A stretch of 51,502 bases of DNA from an uncultured bacterium (GTDB lineage: Bacteria > Krumholzibacteriota > Krumholzibacteriia > Krumholzibacteriales > Krumholzibacteriaceae). This document shows, piece after piece, positions 20,368-29,274 of the stretch (position 1 is its first letter; each line of letters starts with the position of its first letter). The notes beneath the pieces were generated by a model. That model had not been told where the DNA came from and did no database searches. It worked only from the letters and a program-made list of their open reading frames with translations. Made by a program: the position numbers and the translations under genes. The stretch is from contig CBDUYR010000020.1 in assembly GCA_965371515.1 (NCBI GenBank), forward strand, positions 1 through 51,502. Direction: 5' to 3'.

Positions 20368-20817
20368 TTGCATGGTTCGCTGAGAATATCCGAAGCCGCG
20401 TCGCTGGCGCTGCACACCATGGTTTTCCTGGCGGGTGCCCCGGACATCCGGTATTCGGCCGGCAGGATAGCCCGGACGCTCTGTGTCTCGGAAGCCCATC
20501 TTGCCAAGGTCCTCCAGAGGCTCTCGAAGGCCGGTCTTCTCGTCTCTGCCAGGGGGCCGAAGGGTGGATTCCGGCTTGCCCGAGGCCCGGAGAAGATAAC
20601 CCTGCTGATGGTCTTCGAGGTTATCGACGGGCCGTTCAAGCCTGAAGAATGTCTGATGCAGGACCAGAGCTGCGGTCAGATGGGGTGCCTGTTCGGCGAC
20701 CTGCTCGGAGACATCAACAGGCAGGTGAGGGAGTATCTCGGCGGCCGGAATCTCGAGGACGTCAAATGGGTCTACGATTCGGCAGGAGACAGGAAAGGAA
20801 ATCAAGATGAAGCGTAA
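20368..20817 (+). CDS. Rrf2-family transcriptional regulator with three C-terminal Cys
   Basis: SEAASLALH, HLAKVLQRL, SARGPKGGFRLA, CLMQDQSCGQMGC; AAGGAG RBS and TTG start. Confidence 0.92.
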   Translation: MHGSLRISEAASLALHTMVFLAGAPDIRYSAGRIARTLCVSEAHLAKVLQRLSKAGLLVSARGPKGGFRLARGPEKITLLMVFEVIDGPFKPEECLMQDQSCGQMGCLFGDLLGDINRQVREYLGGRNLEDVKWVYDSAGDRKGNQDEA

Positions 20818-21763
20818 GATAATCACCATCGATGATGAGAAGTGCAACGGATGTGGAGCCTGCATCCCCGACTGCCCCGAGGGGGCGCTCCAGCTTATTG
20901 ACGGCAAGGCGAGACTTATCAGCGATCTCTTCTGCGATGGGCTGGGCGCATGCATCGGAAGCTGTCCCGAGGATGCCATCTCGGTAGAGGAGAGGGAGGC
21001 GGAGCCGTACGACGAGTCGAAGGTCATGGCAAATATCGCCCGGCACGGGACCAATACGATCAAGGCTCACCTCGCTCACCTGCAGGACCACGGCGAGGAC
21101 GAATTCCTGCGCGAGGCCATCGCGTACCTCGTGGAGAACGACATCGAGGTCCCCTCCGAATTCCTCGAAGCGAAATGCGCCTGCGGAGAGCTCGGCGACG
21201 CGCCGTCAGGCAAGGAAGCAATCGAGCGTCTCGTCGAGGAGGAGAAGAAGTGCAGAGAGCCTGTCATCGACAGGGGGCCGGACCCACACGGACAGGGTCA
21301 ACATCTCGGTGGCGGGTGCCCCGGCACGAGACTGATGAACTTCGATATGGACGCCCCTCCCTGTGAAGAGGAAGAAGCCGCGGCTCCGGAATCGATGCCT
21401 TCGAGGCTGAGGCAGTGGCCGGTCCAGATAATGCTGATTCCACCGCATGCGCCGTTCCTCAACGGAGCCGACCTGCTCTTCGCGGCCGACTGCGTACCGT
21501 TTGCCTACCCCGATTTTCACGAGAAGTTCCTGAAGGGCCGTGTATGTCTCGTCGGGTGCCCCAAGCTCGACGACGCACAGCACTACCTCGAGAAGATCAC
21601 CGAGATGTTCAAGCTCAACGATATCAAGTCGGTGATGATCGCCTACATGGAGGTTCCCTGTTGCGGGGGAATGATCAGAATAATCGAAGAGGCGATGAAG
21701 GCCTCAGGGAAGAATATCCCGCTGGCGAAGCAGATGATCGGCATTAAGGGCGACGAACTCTAG
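20807..21763 (+). CDS. 2x[4Fe-4S] ferredoxin-domain protein with Cys-rich C-terminal domain
   Basis: CNGCGACIPDCP, CDGLGACIGSCP, GGCPG, QWPVQ, AADC, GCPKLD, MEVPCC. Confidence 0.9.
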   Translation: MKRKIITIDDEKCNGCGACIPDCPEGALQLIDGKARLISDLFCDGLGACIGSCPEDAISVEEREAEPYDESKVMANIARHGTNTIKAHLAHLQDHGEDEFLREAIAYLVENDIEVPSEFLEAKCACGELGDAPSGKEAIERLVEEEKKCREPVIDRGPDPHGQGQHLGGGCPGTRLMNFDMDAPPCEEEEAAAPESMPSRLRQWPVQIMLIPPHAPFLNGADLLFAADCVPFAYPDFHEKFLKGRVCLVGCPKLDDAQHYLEKITEMFKLNDIKSVMIAYMEVPCCGGMIRIIEEAMKASGKNIPLAKQMIGIKGDEL

Positions 21764-22866
21764 GCGGGCCTGAGATCGTCCAGCCATGTGGCGTCCGCGT
21801 CGAATTTTCTCTTGAAGAACTTTCCGTCGTTCTTCGGATCGCGTGCCTGGTGGAACCTGAAGTAGAAGTAATCTTTATCCATCCCCGCTATCGCGATCTT
21901 GCCGTCCCGATGTGACATGACGTAACGGTATCTCTTGCTGTACCCGTCAAGCAGCGATCTGGATTTCTCGACTATTTCGAACCCTCTTGCGAGGGAGATC
22001 TGGAACAGTTTCTTTACGCGTTTTACGGGCCGGCACTGGAATACGTAATACGGAACTGCTCCCATTCCGGTAAGTTCCCTCTGCAATTTCGACAAGGTCT
22101 CGGGGTTGTCGTTTACACCCCGGAGAAGCACTGTCTGGTTGTTGGTCACTATGCCCGCGCGGTGAAGTCTGTTTATCGATTTTCGCGCCTCAGGAGTGAT
22201 CTCACTGGGATGATTGAATTGTGTGCTGACATATAGACGTTTTTTCTTGACCGAGATCTCCTTGAGGAGTTCGTAGAGTTCCCTGTCCTCTGTGATGCGC
22301 TGCGGCATGGTAACCGGTACCTTCGTGCCGATACGGATGAAATCGAGATGATCGATGGCGGAGAGCTTCTCCAGAAATTTTCTCAGTATCCTGGTGGGCA
22401 GGCAGAGAGGATCTCCTCCGCTGAGAAGGACGTTGTTGATCTCGGGATGAGCGCTGATATAGCTGACCGCGTCGCCCAGCCGGTGAATGGTCTCTCCCGT
22501 CGGGCGCCCGACGAGTCTTTTCCTGAAACAGTATCTGCAGTAGGTTGTGCACATATTGGTGGTCAGCAGGAGCGCGGTCCGCGTGTATTTGTGCTGCAGC
22601 CCGGTGAGTTTTGTGCTCTGCTGCTCGCCGCTCTGGTCGTATATTCCTGAAATGTCGAGCTCGCCATCCGAGGGTATCGTCATTTTCCTCAGTGGATCAT
22701 CCGGGTCGTTCCAGTCGATCAGCGATGCGTAATACCTCGTGATACTCATCGGATGACGGCCGATGATCTTCTTGAGCTTTATCTTCTCGGTCTTTGATAT
22801 ATCGACGAACTCGGCCAGGTCCTCGACGGTCGTGATATTATTCTTGAATTCATTTTCCCAGTTCAC
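21760..22866 (-). CDS. KamA-family radical SAM/PLP aminomutase-like protein
   Basis: GLQHKY, CTTYCRYCFRKR, LLSGGDPL, QFNHP.E, NQTVLLRGVND, GK (putative PLP Lys); GGAGGT RBS supports GTG at 22866. Confidence 0.9.
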   Translation of the reverse strand: MNWENEFKNNITTVEDLAEFVDISKTEKIKLKKIIGRHPMSITRYYASLIDWNDPDDPLRKMTIPSDGELDISGIYDQSGEQQSTKLTGLQHKYTRTALLLTTNMCTTYCRYCFRKRLVGRPTGETIHRLGDAVSYISAHPEINNVLLSGGDPLCLPTRILRKFLEKLSAIDHLDFIRIGTKVPVTMPQRITEDRELYELLKEISVKKKRLYVSTQFNHPSEITPEARKSINRLHRAGIVTNNQTVLLRGVNDNPETLSKLQRELTGMGAVPYYVFQCRPVKRVKKLFQISLARGFEIVEKSRSLLDGYSKRYRYVMSHRDGKIAIAGMDKDYFYFRFHQARDPKNDGKFFKRKFDADATWLDDLRPA

Positions 22867-23084
22867 GTTGTCCACCTCCCACATGGAGACACGTATGGCT
22901 AGATTACGTTCCGACTGGCCTTGCAGTGTTAATAAGGTAAAATTACCGAGGCAAACCAGCATGTATGAAACTGCTCTGGAGGTCCCGTGCAGGTTCAGAT
23001 ACAAGATAACATATACGGAATGTGATTGCTATCGTTAAAGGTGATGCTTGTATAACGCTATTTGCGGCGATCTTAGCGGCCTTA

Positions 23085-23122
23085 TAAGAAAGGAGCCATG
23101 TCCCGAAAGGGACACGGCTCCT
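23085..23122 (-). terminator. Intrinsic terminator closing the 27187-23148 operon
   Basis: Minus strand AGGAGCCGTGTCCC-TTTC-GGGACATGGCTCCT followed by TTCTTAT. Confidence 0.8.
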
Positions 23123-23147
23123 CCGGCCCGGATCTTAGCAGGAGTTA

Positions 23148-23801
23148 CTAATTCGACGTTTCCGTCTTCACGTGGATCCTCGAGTCCTTCGAAATCGAGA
23201 GTCCTGCGGAATCCGCATCGAGCAGTCCGTTTTCGTCGGTAATCACAACGATGCCGTCTACAACCACTGCGACGTTATCTGTTCTGATTTCCCTCTCACC
23301 GACAAGGAAATACGAGGGCCTTCCCGTGGCGATATCGGGGAATTCCCTCAGGACATAATTACCGTCACCCGAGCAGAATCTGAGGGGCTCTCTCTCAGGC
23401 TGTTCGGTAGCCGCTGCCAGCGACGGCTCCTCTTCGAAAGGATGTGTGTACGGTTCGTAAACCAGCTCGATCCCCTCCGCTACGGACCCCGATACTTCAG
23501 AAGGACTTAATGAGATATTCCGCATGAGGACATCGAATCTTACATCGATTTTTGCAGTTTCAACGACCTGGCGATAGTAGCTGACGAATTCAATCAGCTC
23601 CTCTAGCGTTTCCCTGCACATCTCGCATGCCTCCAAGTGGGATCTCAGGTCCCCTTCTCCGGGTTGAAAAAGATCCGCCACAATTGCCGCCGAATCTTTC
23701 TCATGAGCGCCTTCCGCTCCGGCCCCTCCAAGTGCTCTAATGGCGAGTGCTTCCAGCTTTCCCCTAGGTATACACCCCTCCGGCGTCGCATTTTTAAACA
23801 C
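23148..23801 (-). CDS. Soluble zinc-binding anti-sigma-like protein (zf-HC2/ZAS motif) with C-terminal beta domain
   Basis: CIPRGKLEAL...HLEACEMCRE (Hx3Cx2C); no TM segment; GTG start abuts the upstream stop, GAGGAGG-like RBS. Confidence 0.65.
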   Translation of the reverse strand: MFKNATPEGCIPRGKLEALAIRALGGAGAEGAHEKDSAAIVADLFQPGEGDLRSHLEACEMCRETLEELIEFVSYYRQVVETAKIDVRFDVLMRNISLSPSEVSGSVAEGIELVYEPYTHPFEEEPSLAAATEQPEREPLRFCSGDGNYVLREFPDIATGRPSYFLVGEREIRTDNVAVVVDGIVVITDENGLLDADSAGLSISKDSRIHVKTETSN

Positions 23802-24914
23802 TCATCTCACCTCTTCTCTGGAGACATCTCGGATATCTGCACGAATTTTTTTCAGAAAATTTTCCCAGAGAGCCTTCCAGAAGTTCTGAAAGCTGCCCAT
23901 ATGCCTCTTCCTGTACATTTCGGTATCGCATTCCTCTATATGCCGGCCCAGGGCCTCATTGTGCGGGATCTTCCTGCCGTGGACGATTATTTCAATGAGG
24001 ATGTCTCTTCCGGCCTGTACGTACGCTTCCCGGAATTCGGCCGAGCCGCCCTTCCTCCAGCCGTACGATTCAGCCGTCTCGGTCAGCGCCTCTTCGGAAA
24101 GACGAAACATCTCCTTCTGCAGGTACTCCTGCATCGGGTCGTTTCTCGTGATCTCGCTGCGGGGCTGTATGAACCGCGATTTGATCAGCTCATACGCGGC
24201 GGTCCGCAGTGTGGAGATATGAAGGCGGCTGGCATATCTGTTCCCTGCCGAGAGATTATCGAAGATCAGCTCAACGGCCCTGCCCGGGGTCTCCGAGCCC
24301 TGCAGAAGCGGGGCGATGGCGGTGACGATCTCATCGGCGGTCGCCTGCCTGTGCGAGGCCGATTCCGCCGCCTCGAGATCGATCACACTACTGCCCCTGC
24401 GTTCGAATCTCGGGCTGGTCCTGATGTGCCGGGTGACGGCCGAGAAGATATAATGCAGCACCTTCTTTTCGGATCGGGAGATCTTCTTCAGAATCTGGCT
24501 GAGATTGACCTCGGTTATCCCCTTCAAAAAGAAGAAGAGATCCTTCTTCTCCGTCTTGTCGTTACCGGAGAAGAACCGCAGGATGAGATTCGTGATCTCG
24601 AGGAAGTTGTTTTCTCCCCGCGTCGAGTATGGGGTCTCTGCCGTGATATGGGCGATCTCCTCGAATTCGTACGACACCGTGCTGAGAAAGAACCATGCTG
24701 AGGACCTGGACTTCACCTCGAGCTCGGCGACGGCCATCGCGAAAAGATGGAGGTAGATAATCCGGATATCCCCACGTGCGGATTTCTCGGCCTGGTCGAT
24801 CATCTCATCGGAGGGGGAGATGCCGGCAAGCGGCTCGAACATGTCGCGGATGTTTTCTGCCGACTCGTAGAGGCGGTCCAGATCGACACCTTCGAGGGTC
24901 ATCGGCTCGTTCAC
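23802..24914 (-). CDS. Hypothetical helical protein, possibly a highly divergent sigma70/ECF-like factor
   Basis: 370-aa ORF coupled to both neighbours (GTGA overlap); weak region-2-like segments EEIAHITAE and FFFLKGITEVNLSQILKK; sits directly before a ZAS gene. The CDS is solid; the function is inferred. Confidence 0.5.
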   Translation of the reverse strand: MNEPMTLEGVDLDRLYESAENIRDMFEPLAGISPSDEMIDQAEKSARGDIRIIYLHLFAMAVAELEVKSRSSAWFFLSTVSYEFEEIAHITAETPYSTRGENNFLEITNLILRFFSGNDKTEKKDLFFFLKGITEVNLSQILKKISRSEKKVLHYIFSAVTRHIRTSPRFERRGSSVIDLEAAESASHRQATADEIVTAIAPLLQGSETPGRAVELIFDNLSAGNRYASRLHISTLRTAAYELIKSRFIQPRSEITRNDPMQEYLQKEMFRLSEEALTETAESYGWRKGGSAEFREAYVQAGRDILIEIIVHGRKIPHNEALGRHIEECDTEMYRKRHMGSFQNFWKALWENFLKKIRADIRDVSREEVR

Positions 24915-27187
24915 TTGCCCTTCCTCGCCAGGGTATCGTTATGATCTTTCAAATGTCTCAGGTACGACCTGTTGACCGTCGGCTCGGCGACCCATTCTTC
25001 CCCGTCCCAGTAGCGGACGCCTTCAGCCAGGGCTGCTTCGTCCTTTTTCTGTCCGGCATAGAACACTTCCTCGATTTCGTCCGGCATTTTCTTGTGAATA
25101 GTTACAGTCTGGACGATTCTGGCTCCTGTGCATTCCAGGCGGTTTCCAAACGTGAATTCAACATCTGCCCCTTTTGAATTAACGACGAGCGATATCCCAC
25201 CGGGATTGTGCCGGATTCTGGGTGAAAACGGATAATGGTGTTTTCTATAAGGAATGTACCTGTAGAAGTCCGGAAGTTTAATATAGTACTTTGCCACATC
25301 GGCATTGATCCCACTGACATCATAATTATATCCCTTTGGGGATGATCCGCTTGCGAATGCCGGATCGATGATGATGGCTACACAGGCTTCCAGCTCGATA
25401 TTGTATCCGGCGATAAACAGGTCGATATTACCGTCATTGTCGAAGTCGCCTTTTTTTATCTCCTGCAGGGCACCCTTGTGGTAAAACCCCTGTATTCTTC
25501 CATCATCCGGGTAGTAACTGATGAGCGCGGCCGGCAGATTCAGAGAATGATTTGTAAGGATCAGTATTCTGGGCTCTTCGTCCTGATTCGCCGAGAACAT
25601 CTCGGAGTTAACCATCATGATCCCCGTGTTGTACCCGGCAATATCTAAAGATTTGCCAAAAACATCTGCCTCATTGTATGTGGAACTGCGGATGAGGGAC
25701 CCTCTGTCGTCGAATGAATAGAAGTGGAGTCGATTAACTCTGTAAGGATGGGCGCGTCGGGATTCGGAAAGGACGCATATTGCTTCCCTGCCCTCTGATC
25801 CATCAAAGTCCGCGACAAAAAACCTTTTAAATATTGTTGTTTTTCCTGTCATGAATCCCACATTGAGAGATGATATGTTGTGACTATACTGGTTTTGTAT
25901 GACGAGGAGGCTGTCGACCAGTTCTATTTTAGCGATGGAACGGTTGACATAAGGGGGCAGAATGAAGAAAAACAATGATGCCAGAATTGCGGCAGTCGCG
26001 GAAAGACTGGTTATAAGGTGTTTTCTCCCGAGGAACATTCGCTGAAGCAGGGGTTTGCCGGCGGGGGCTTTGCGCCTGGCCGTAATTCTGGGATCACTGT
26101 ATATAGCGGCTATATCTGATGTTGGTACGAGGTCGAGTTTCCTCTCCGGATACTTCCTCGAAAGGACAGCGAGCTCCTTTTCCGCCGTATCGAGATTGCC
26201 GGCCGGGAGGATGAGCTTTGAAAACCTGGAGAAGAAGACGGCCCGCACCTTGTCGGCTACATAGGAGTCTTCTACCGCCAGGATATTCCCGGTCTCGTCG
26301 ACCGTGCCTGTGAATGCGATAGCGGGATTTATCCTGAGCCTGTATCTGTGGAGGTCGAGCCTGCCGAGCACCGATACGAGCAGCGCCGCGATAGCAAGGC
26401 CTGCCGAGCCTCCGGACAGTCTCTGGATCGCCGATGCGGGAAAGGATGCGATCTCAGGCAGGGATATCCTGTATTCCCTCGGTATCCTCTGGATACCTCC
26501 CATGCCCATCGCGGAAGCTGCGTATTCTTCCGCGACCCTGACGGCGGTGTGGATCTGTCTCTCGAAAGGGCTGTTCGGTTCGGCGGATATATGTTCGAAG
26601 TTGATGACGGGGTGGTGCCTCGTTCTGACGCTCCACTCGCCGGTGATCCTGATCTCCACGCGTGCCTTGACCACACGGCCCGTACTGAAAGGGGTCTTTC
26701 CCGTGTTGTATATCGAGACGAGGGGGAGTCCTGCCGTGCCCCAGGCGTTTTCCCTGAAGAATCCTCCAGCTCCGGTCTCGCTTTTCCGGGAGGCGTCTGC
26801 CGAAGTCTCTGCTGCCGTGCTGTCGCCGTTAAGGATTGCCGAGATCGAATCGATCTCCCCGCGGATTCTGGACAGACCCTCTTCGACGCCGGCGGGGATG
26901 TAATCTCCCGTCGCCATTGCAATGTCTCCCGCGACATCGTTGAGTGACTCGAGGCCCTCGTATCCGAAAGAAACGTATGCCTCGGAGATCAGGGCGTCCA
27001 TTATGATGGGGGTGAAGAGGGCGAGCTGGGGCGCGTAGAACGACTGATTGGTATTCTTGAGATGGGCCAGCAGTATGGCCGCCGGCTCAACGAGCGAAAG
27101 ACCTTCTTTTTTCCCCTTGAGCTTCACGTAGAGGTGCTGAAGAAGGTCGTCGATTTCCCTGATGGACAGGTCGAAGTCGTTCGTCAA
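24911..27187 (-). CDS. Membrane-anchored Lon-type (S16) protease-domain protein with extracytoplasmic FG-GAP-like domain
   Basis: LSGGSAGLA (Ser261), IAFTGTVDETGNILAV, DKVRA (Lys313), LILPAGN; one TM (LITSLSATAAILASLFFFILPPYV); VADFDGSEGRE and GDFDNDGNIDL motifs; no AAA+ Walker motifs. Confidence 0.78.
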   Translation of the reverse strand: MTNDFDLSIREIDDLLQHLYVKLKGKKEGLSLVEPAAILLAHLKNTNQSFYAPQLALFTPIIMDALISEAYVSFGYEGLESLNDVAGDIAMATGDYIPAGVEEGLSRIRGEIDSISAILNGDSTAAETSADASRKSETGAGGFFRENAWGTAGLPLVSIYNTGKTPFSTGRVVKARVEIRITGEWSVRTRHHPVINFEHISAEPNSPFERQIHTAVRVAEEYAASAMGMGGIQRIPREYRISLPEIASFPASAIQRLSGGSAGLAIAALLVSVLGRLDLHRYRLRINPAIAFTGTVDETGNILAVEDSYVADKVRAVFFSRFSKLILPAGNLDTAEKELAVLSRKYPERKLDLVPTSDIAAIYSDPRITARRKAPAGKPLLQRMFLGRKHLITSLSATAAILASLFFFILPPYVNRSIAKIELVDSLLVIQNQYSHNISSLNVGFMTGKTTIFKRFFVADFDGSEGREAICVLSESRRAHPYRVNRLHFYSFDDRGSLIRSSTYNEADVFGKSLDIAGYNTGIMMVNSEMFSANQDEEPRILILTNHSLNLPAALISYYPDDGRIQGFYHKGALQEIKKGDFDNDGNIDLFIAGYNIELEACVAIIIDPAFASGSSPKGYNYDVSGINADVAKYYIKLPDFYRYIPYRKHHYPFSPRIRHNPGGISLVVNSKGADVEFTFGNRLECTGARIVQTVTIHKKMPDEIEEVFYAGQKKDEAALAEGVRYWDGEEWVAEPTVNRSYLRHLKDHNDTLARKGK

Positions 27188-27256
27188 TTGCGTTCCGCCT
27201 GGTTGAGCATCCCGCAGTGTCCCCTCCCCAGCGGTCCGTTATAGAGGCGCAGCCTC

Positions 27257-27286
27257 ATTCTATACCAAGAATAGGGGCTGAATCAA
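27257..27286 (-). promoter_or_regulatory. Putative sigma70 promoter of the Lon-like operon
   Basis: TTGATT (27286-27281)-18 nt-TAGAAT (27262-27257). Confidence 0.5.
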
Positions 27287-27358
27287 GGACTCGCGGAAAT
27301 ATGTCATATATATTTGACGGTCAACGATGCGAAAAGTCTGTTACGGCAGGCCTTCCGG

Positions 27359-28702
27359 TCAGTCTCCCTCGACGGTCTCAGCCCGGAGATCGCCGTAGAT
27401 GACTCTCCAGCGGCCGTCCTCGATCTTCCAGCGCATCAGTACCTTGTCGTGGTCGAGGGCGCCTACCGAATCTCCGTGATATTCCACCTCGACGCCGTCT
27501 TCCACGAGTCCGGCATGGAAGGCGCTGAAATTGCGCGTCTTGAAGATCTCCTTGAAGAGTTCCGACCCCCAGAGCCCCTCCTTCTGAAGCCTGTCCTGGT
27601 TCTTACGGATCTCGCTCGCAGCCATACCGAGAGCGGGGTCGGCCGGGTATCTTCCGTTCGTAAGCTTCGAGTAGGCACGCAATCCCTCAATAGCGCCTTC
27701 TTCACCTTCATGAGCATCCCCGAAATCGAGAGTGATGTAATCCTCCGGAACCTCGAATTCGAAATCCTCCTTCGACAGTGACGGATTCCACTGGAAATCT
27801 CTGTATGTCTCGTGGACTACCACCTTGCCCTCGTCCGATTTGAATTCCCTCTCGATCAGCACTGGCCAGTTAGTCGATGCGTCTACCCATAGGCGGACCG
27901 AGCCCTCCTCGTACTGGCCGGCCCACATCACCGGGTCGATGACCTCGATGCCCGAGGCTTTGATACCGGCTATATCGCGAGTGCCGATCTCCCTGTACTC
28001 GAAGGAGTGGAAATACTCGACCATGTCCCGGGCGCTGGTCATGTCAGTCATCTTCCTGGCGTCCCTGCTGGTAAGGCCGATTGTGAAATAGGACTCGTTC
28101 TTGTGGTGGAGCACATGGATCGCCTGCTCATCCTGCCTCACGAAGATCTCGACTGCGAGTTTACCGTCGATGTACTGGGCCTTCTTCTGACCGTACTTTT
28201 CCGAGAACCAGGCGATCATCTCCATGCTGTCCATGGGGGTGGCCACCCGGTCTATGCGGCAGATGTAGTCCTGTGCCTCCCGCACCTGGGCGATGACCTG
28301 TGCCCATGCGACGTCCCCCGGCCCCCCTCTGAATATCAGGTTCCAGCCGACGATAAGCACGAGCGCGGCTGCGGCGGCAAGCGCGAGTTTTGCAGCCAAC
28401 CCGCCTGAGAATCCACGCTTTCGGCCGGTCTTTTCCATATCGATGACATTATCAGTGGTCTCGTCCTTGTACTGTTTTTCGATCGATTCCATGACTCTTT
28501 CCTCCAGCCGTTCGATTTTCCCGTTCATGGATCGAGTCATTCCGGTCAGCAGCCTGTCGTCCTCGAGAAGGGCGTTGCGGTACTCCCTGCACCCGGCGCA
28601 TTCGGCGAGATGTTTCTCTATTCGGGCGATCTCGTCGCCGCTAAGCCCCGAATGAAGCATCTCCTCGAGCTTCTCTCTCGTCTCGGTGCAGCGATCACTC
28701 AT
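27359..28702 (-). CDS. Transmembrane anti-sigma factor (zf-HC2 + TM + LolA-like extracytoplasmic domain)
   Basis: MSDRC...HLAECAGC; TM LALAAAAALVLIVGWNLIF; LWVDASTNWPVLIE and DFQWNPSLSKEDF; ATG overlaps the sigma stop (ATGA). Confidence 0.85.
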   Translation of the reverse strand: MSDRCTETREKLEEMLHSGLSGDEIARIEKHLAECAGCREYRNALLEDDRLLTGMTRSMNGKIERLEERVMESIEKQYKDETTDNVIDMEKTGRKRGFSGGLAAKLALAAAAALVLIVGWNLIFRGGPGDVAWAQVIAQVREAQDYICRIDRVATPMDSMEMIAWFSEKYGQKKAQYIDGKLAVEIFVRQDEQAIHVLHHKNESYFTIGLTSRDARKMTDMTSARDMVEYFHSFEYREIGTRDIAGIKASGIEVIDPVMWAGQYEEGSVRLWVDASTNWPVLIEREFKSDEGKVVVHETYRDFQWNPSLSKEDFEFEVPEDYITLDFGDAHEGEEGAIEGLRAYSKLTNGRYPADPALGMAASEIRKNQDRLQKEGLWGSELFKEIFKTRNFSAFHAGLVEDGVEVEYHGDSVGALDHDKVLMRWKIEDGRWRVIYGDLRAETVEGD

Positions 28703-29223
28703 CTCAAACCTGCCTGTCTCTCCAGGATCCTGCGCAGTTCCTTCCGCGCCCTGCTCAGCCTCGTACACGCTCCGGCATGGCTGATCTCGAGCTCCACTGC
28801 GAGCCTCTTCGCGCTCTTTCCGTCGAAGTAGTAGAGCATGAGCGGCGTGCGGTATTTCTCGGGCAGCATGGCCAGCGCCTCGTGCAGCCGGGAAAAGTCC
28901 CCGGTTTCCGGCTGCGGGTCGTGCATGCGTTCCTCGATGAGCTCCCGCCGCCTCGCGCCGACGCGGATATGGTCCCGGCAGAGGTTTCTCGCGATATGCG
29001 TGATCCACGGCCCGAACGACTCGCCGCTGCGGAGGGTACCGAGGCGGGAGAATCCCCTGATAAACGCCTCCTGGGCGATATCGTCGCTGTCTGCTGTGTT
29101 CCCGAGAATGCCCATACACACGGCGTAGACCCTCCTCGAATGCCTCCGGACCAGGTCTGCGTATGCCTGCCTGTTCCCGTTGCGGCTGGTTGTGACCAGA
29201 TACTCGTCCGTTATCTCGTTCAC
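28699..29223 (-). CDS. ECF RNA polymerase sigma factor
   Basis: DSDDIAQEAFIR, FGPWITHIARNLCRD, LPEKYRTPLMLYY, TRLSRARKEL; GTG 29223 with GGGAG RBS (alternative ATG 29241). Confidence 0.93.
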   Translation of the reverse strand: MNEITDEYLVTTSRNGNRQAYADLVRRHSRRVYAVCMGILGNTADSDDIAQEAFIRGFSRLGTLRSGESFGPWITHIARNLCRDHIRVGARRRELIEERMHDPQPETGDFSRLHEALAMLPEKYRTPLMLYYFDGKSAKRLAVELEISHAGACTRLSRARKELRRILERQAGLR

Positions 29224-29247
29224 GGGAGCTCCCTTTCTCATACACAG

Positions 29248-29274
29248 GACGAGTGAAAAGCCCGGATTCTTACA
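29248..29274 (-). promoter_or_regulatory. Candidate ECF autoregulatory promoter
   Basis: TGTAAGA-16 nt-CGTC directly upstream of the ECF gene. Confidence 0.55.

Noticed and set aside
22867..23084. Possible lysine or SAM riboswitch upstream of the KamA-like gene
   Set aside because: No L-box (AGAGG.GC, GCCGAA) or S-box (ATC.AGAG) core found
28703..29245. Anti-sigma frame open across the whole ECF gene (628-aa ORF), suggesting a fusion or frameshift
   Set aside because: The extension is Arg-rich low-complexity sequence; the ATGA overlap at 28699-28702 explains the real start and no slippery site is evident
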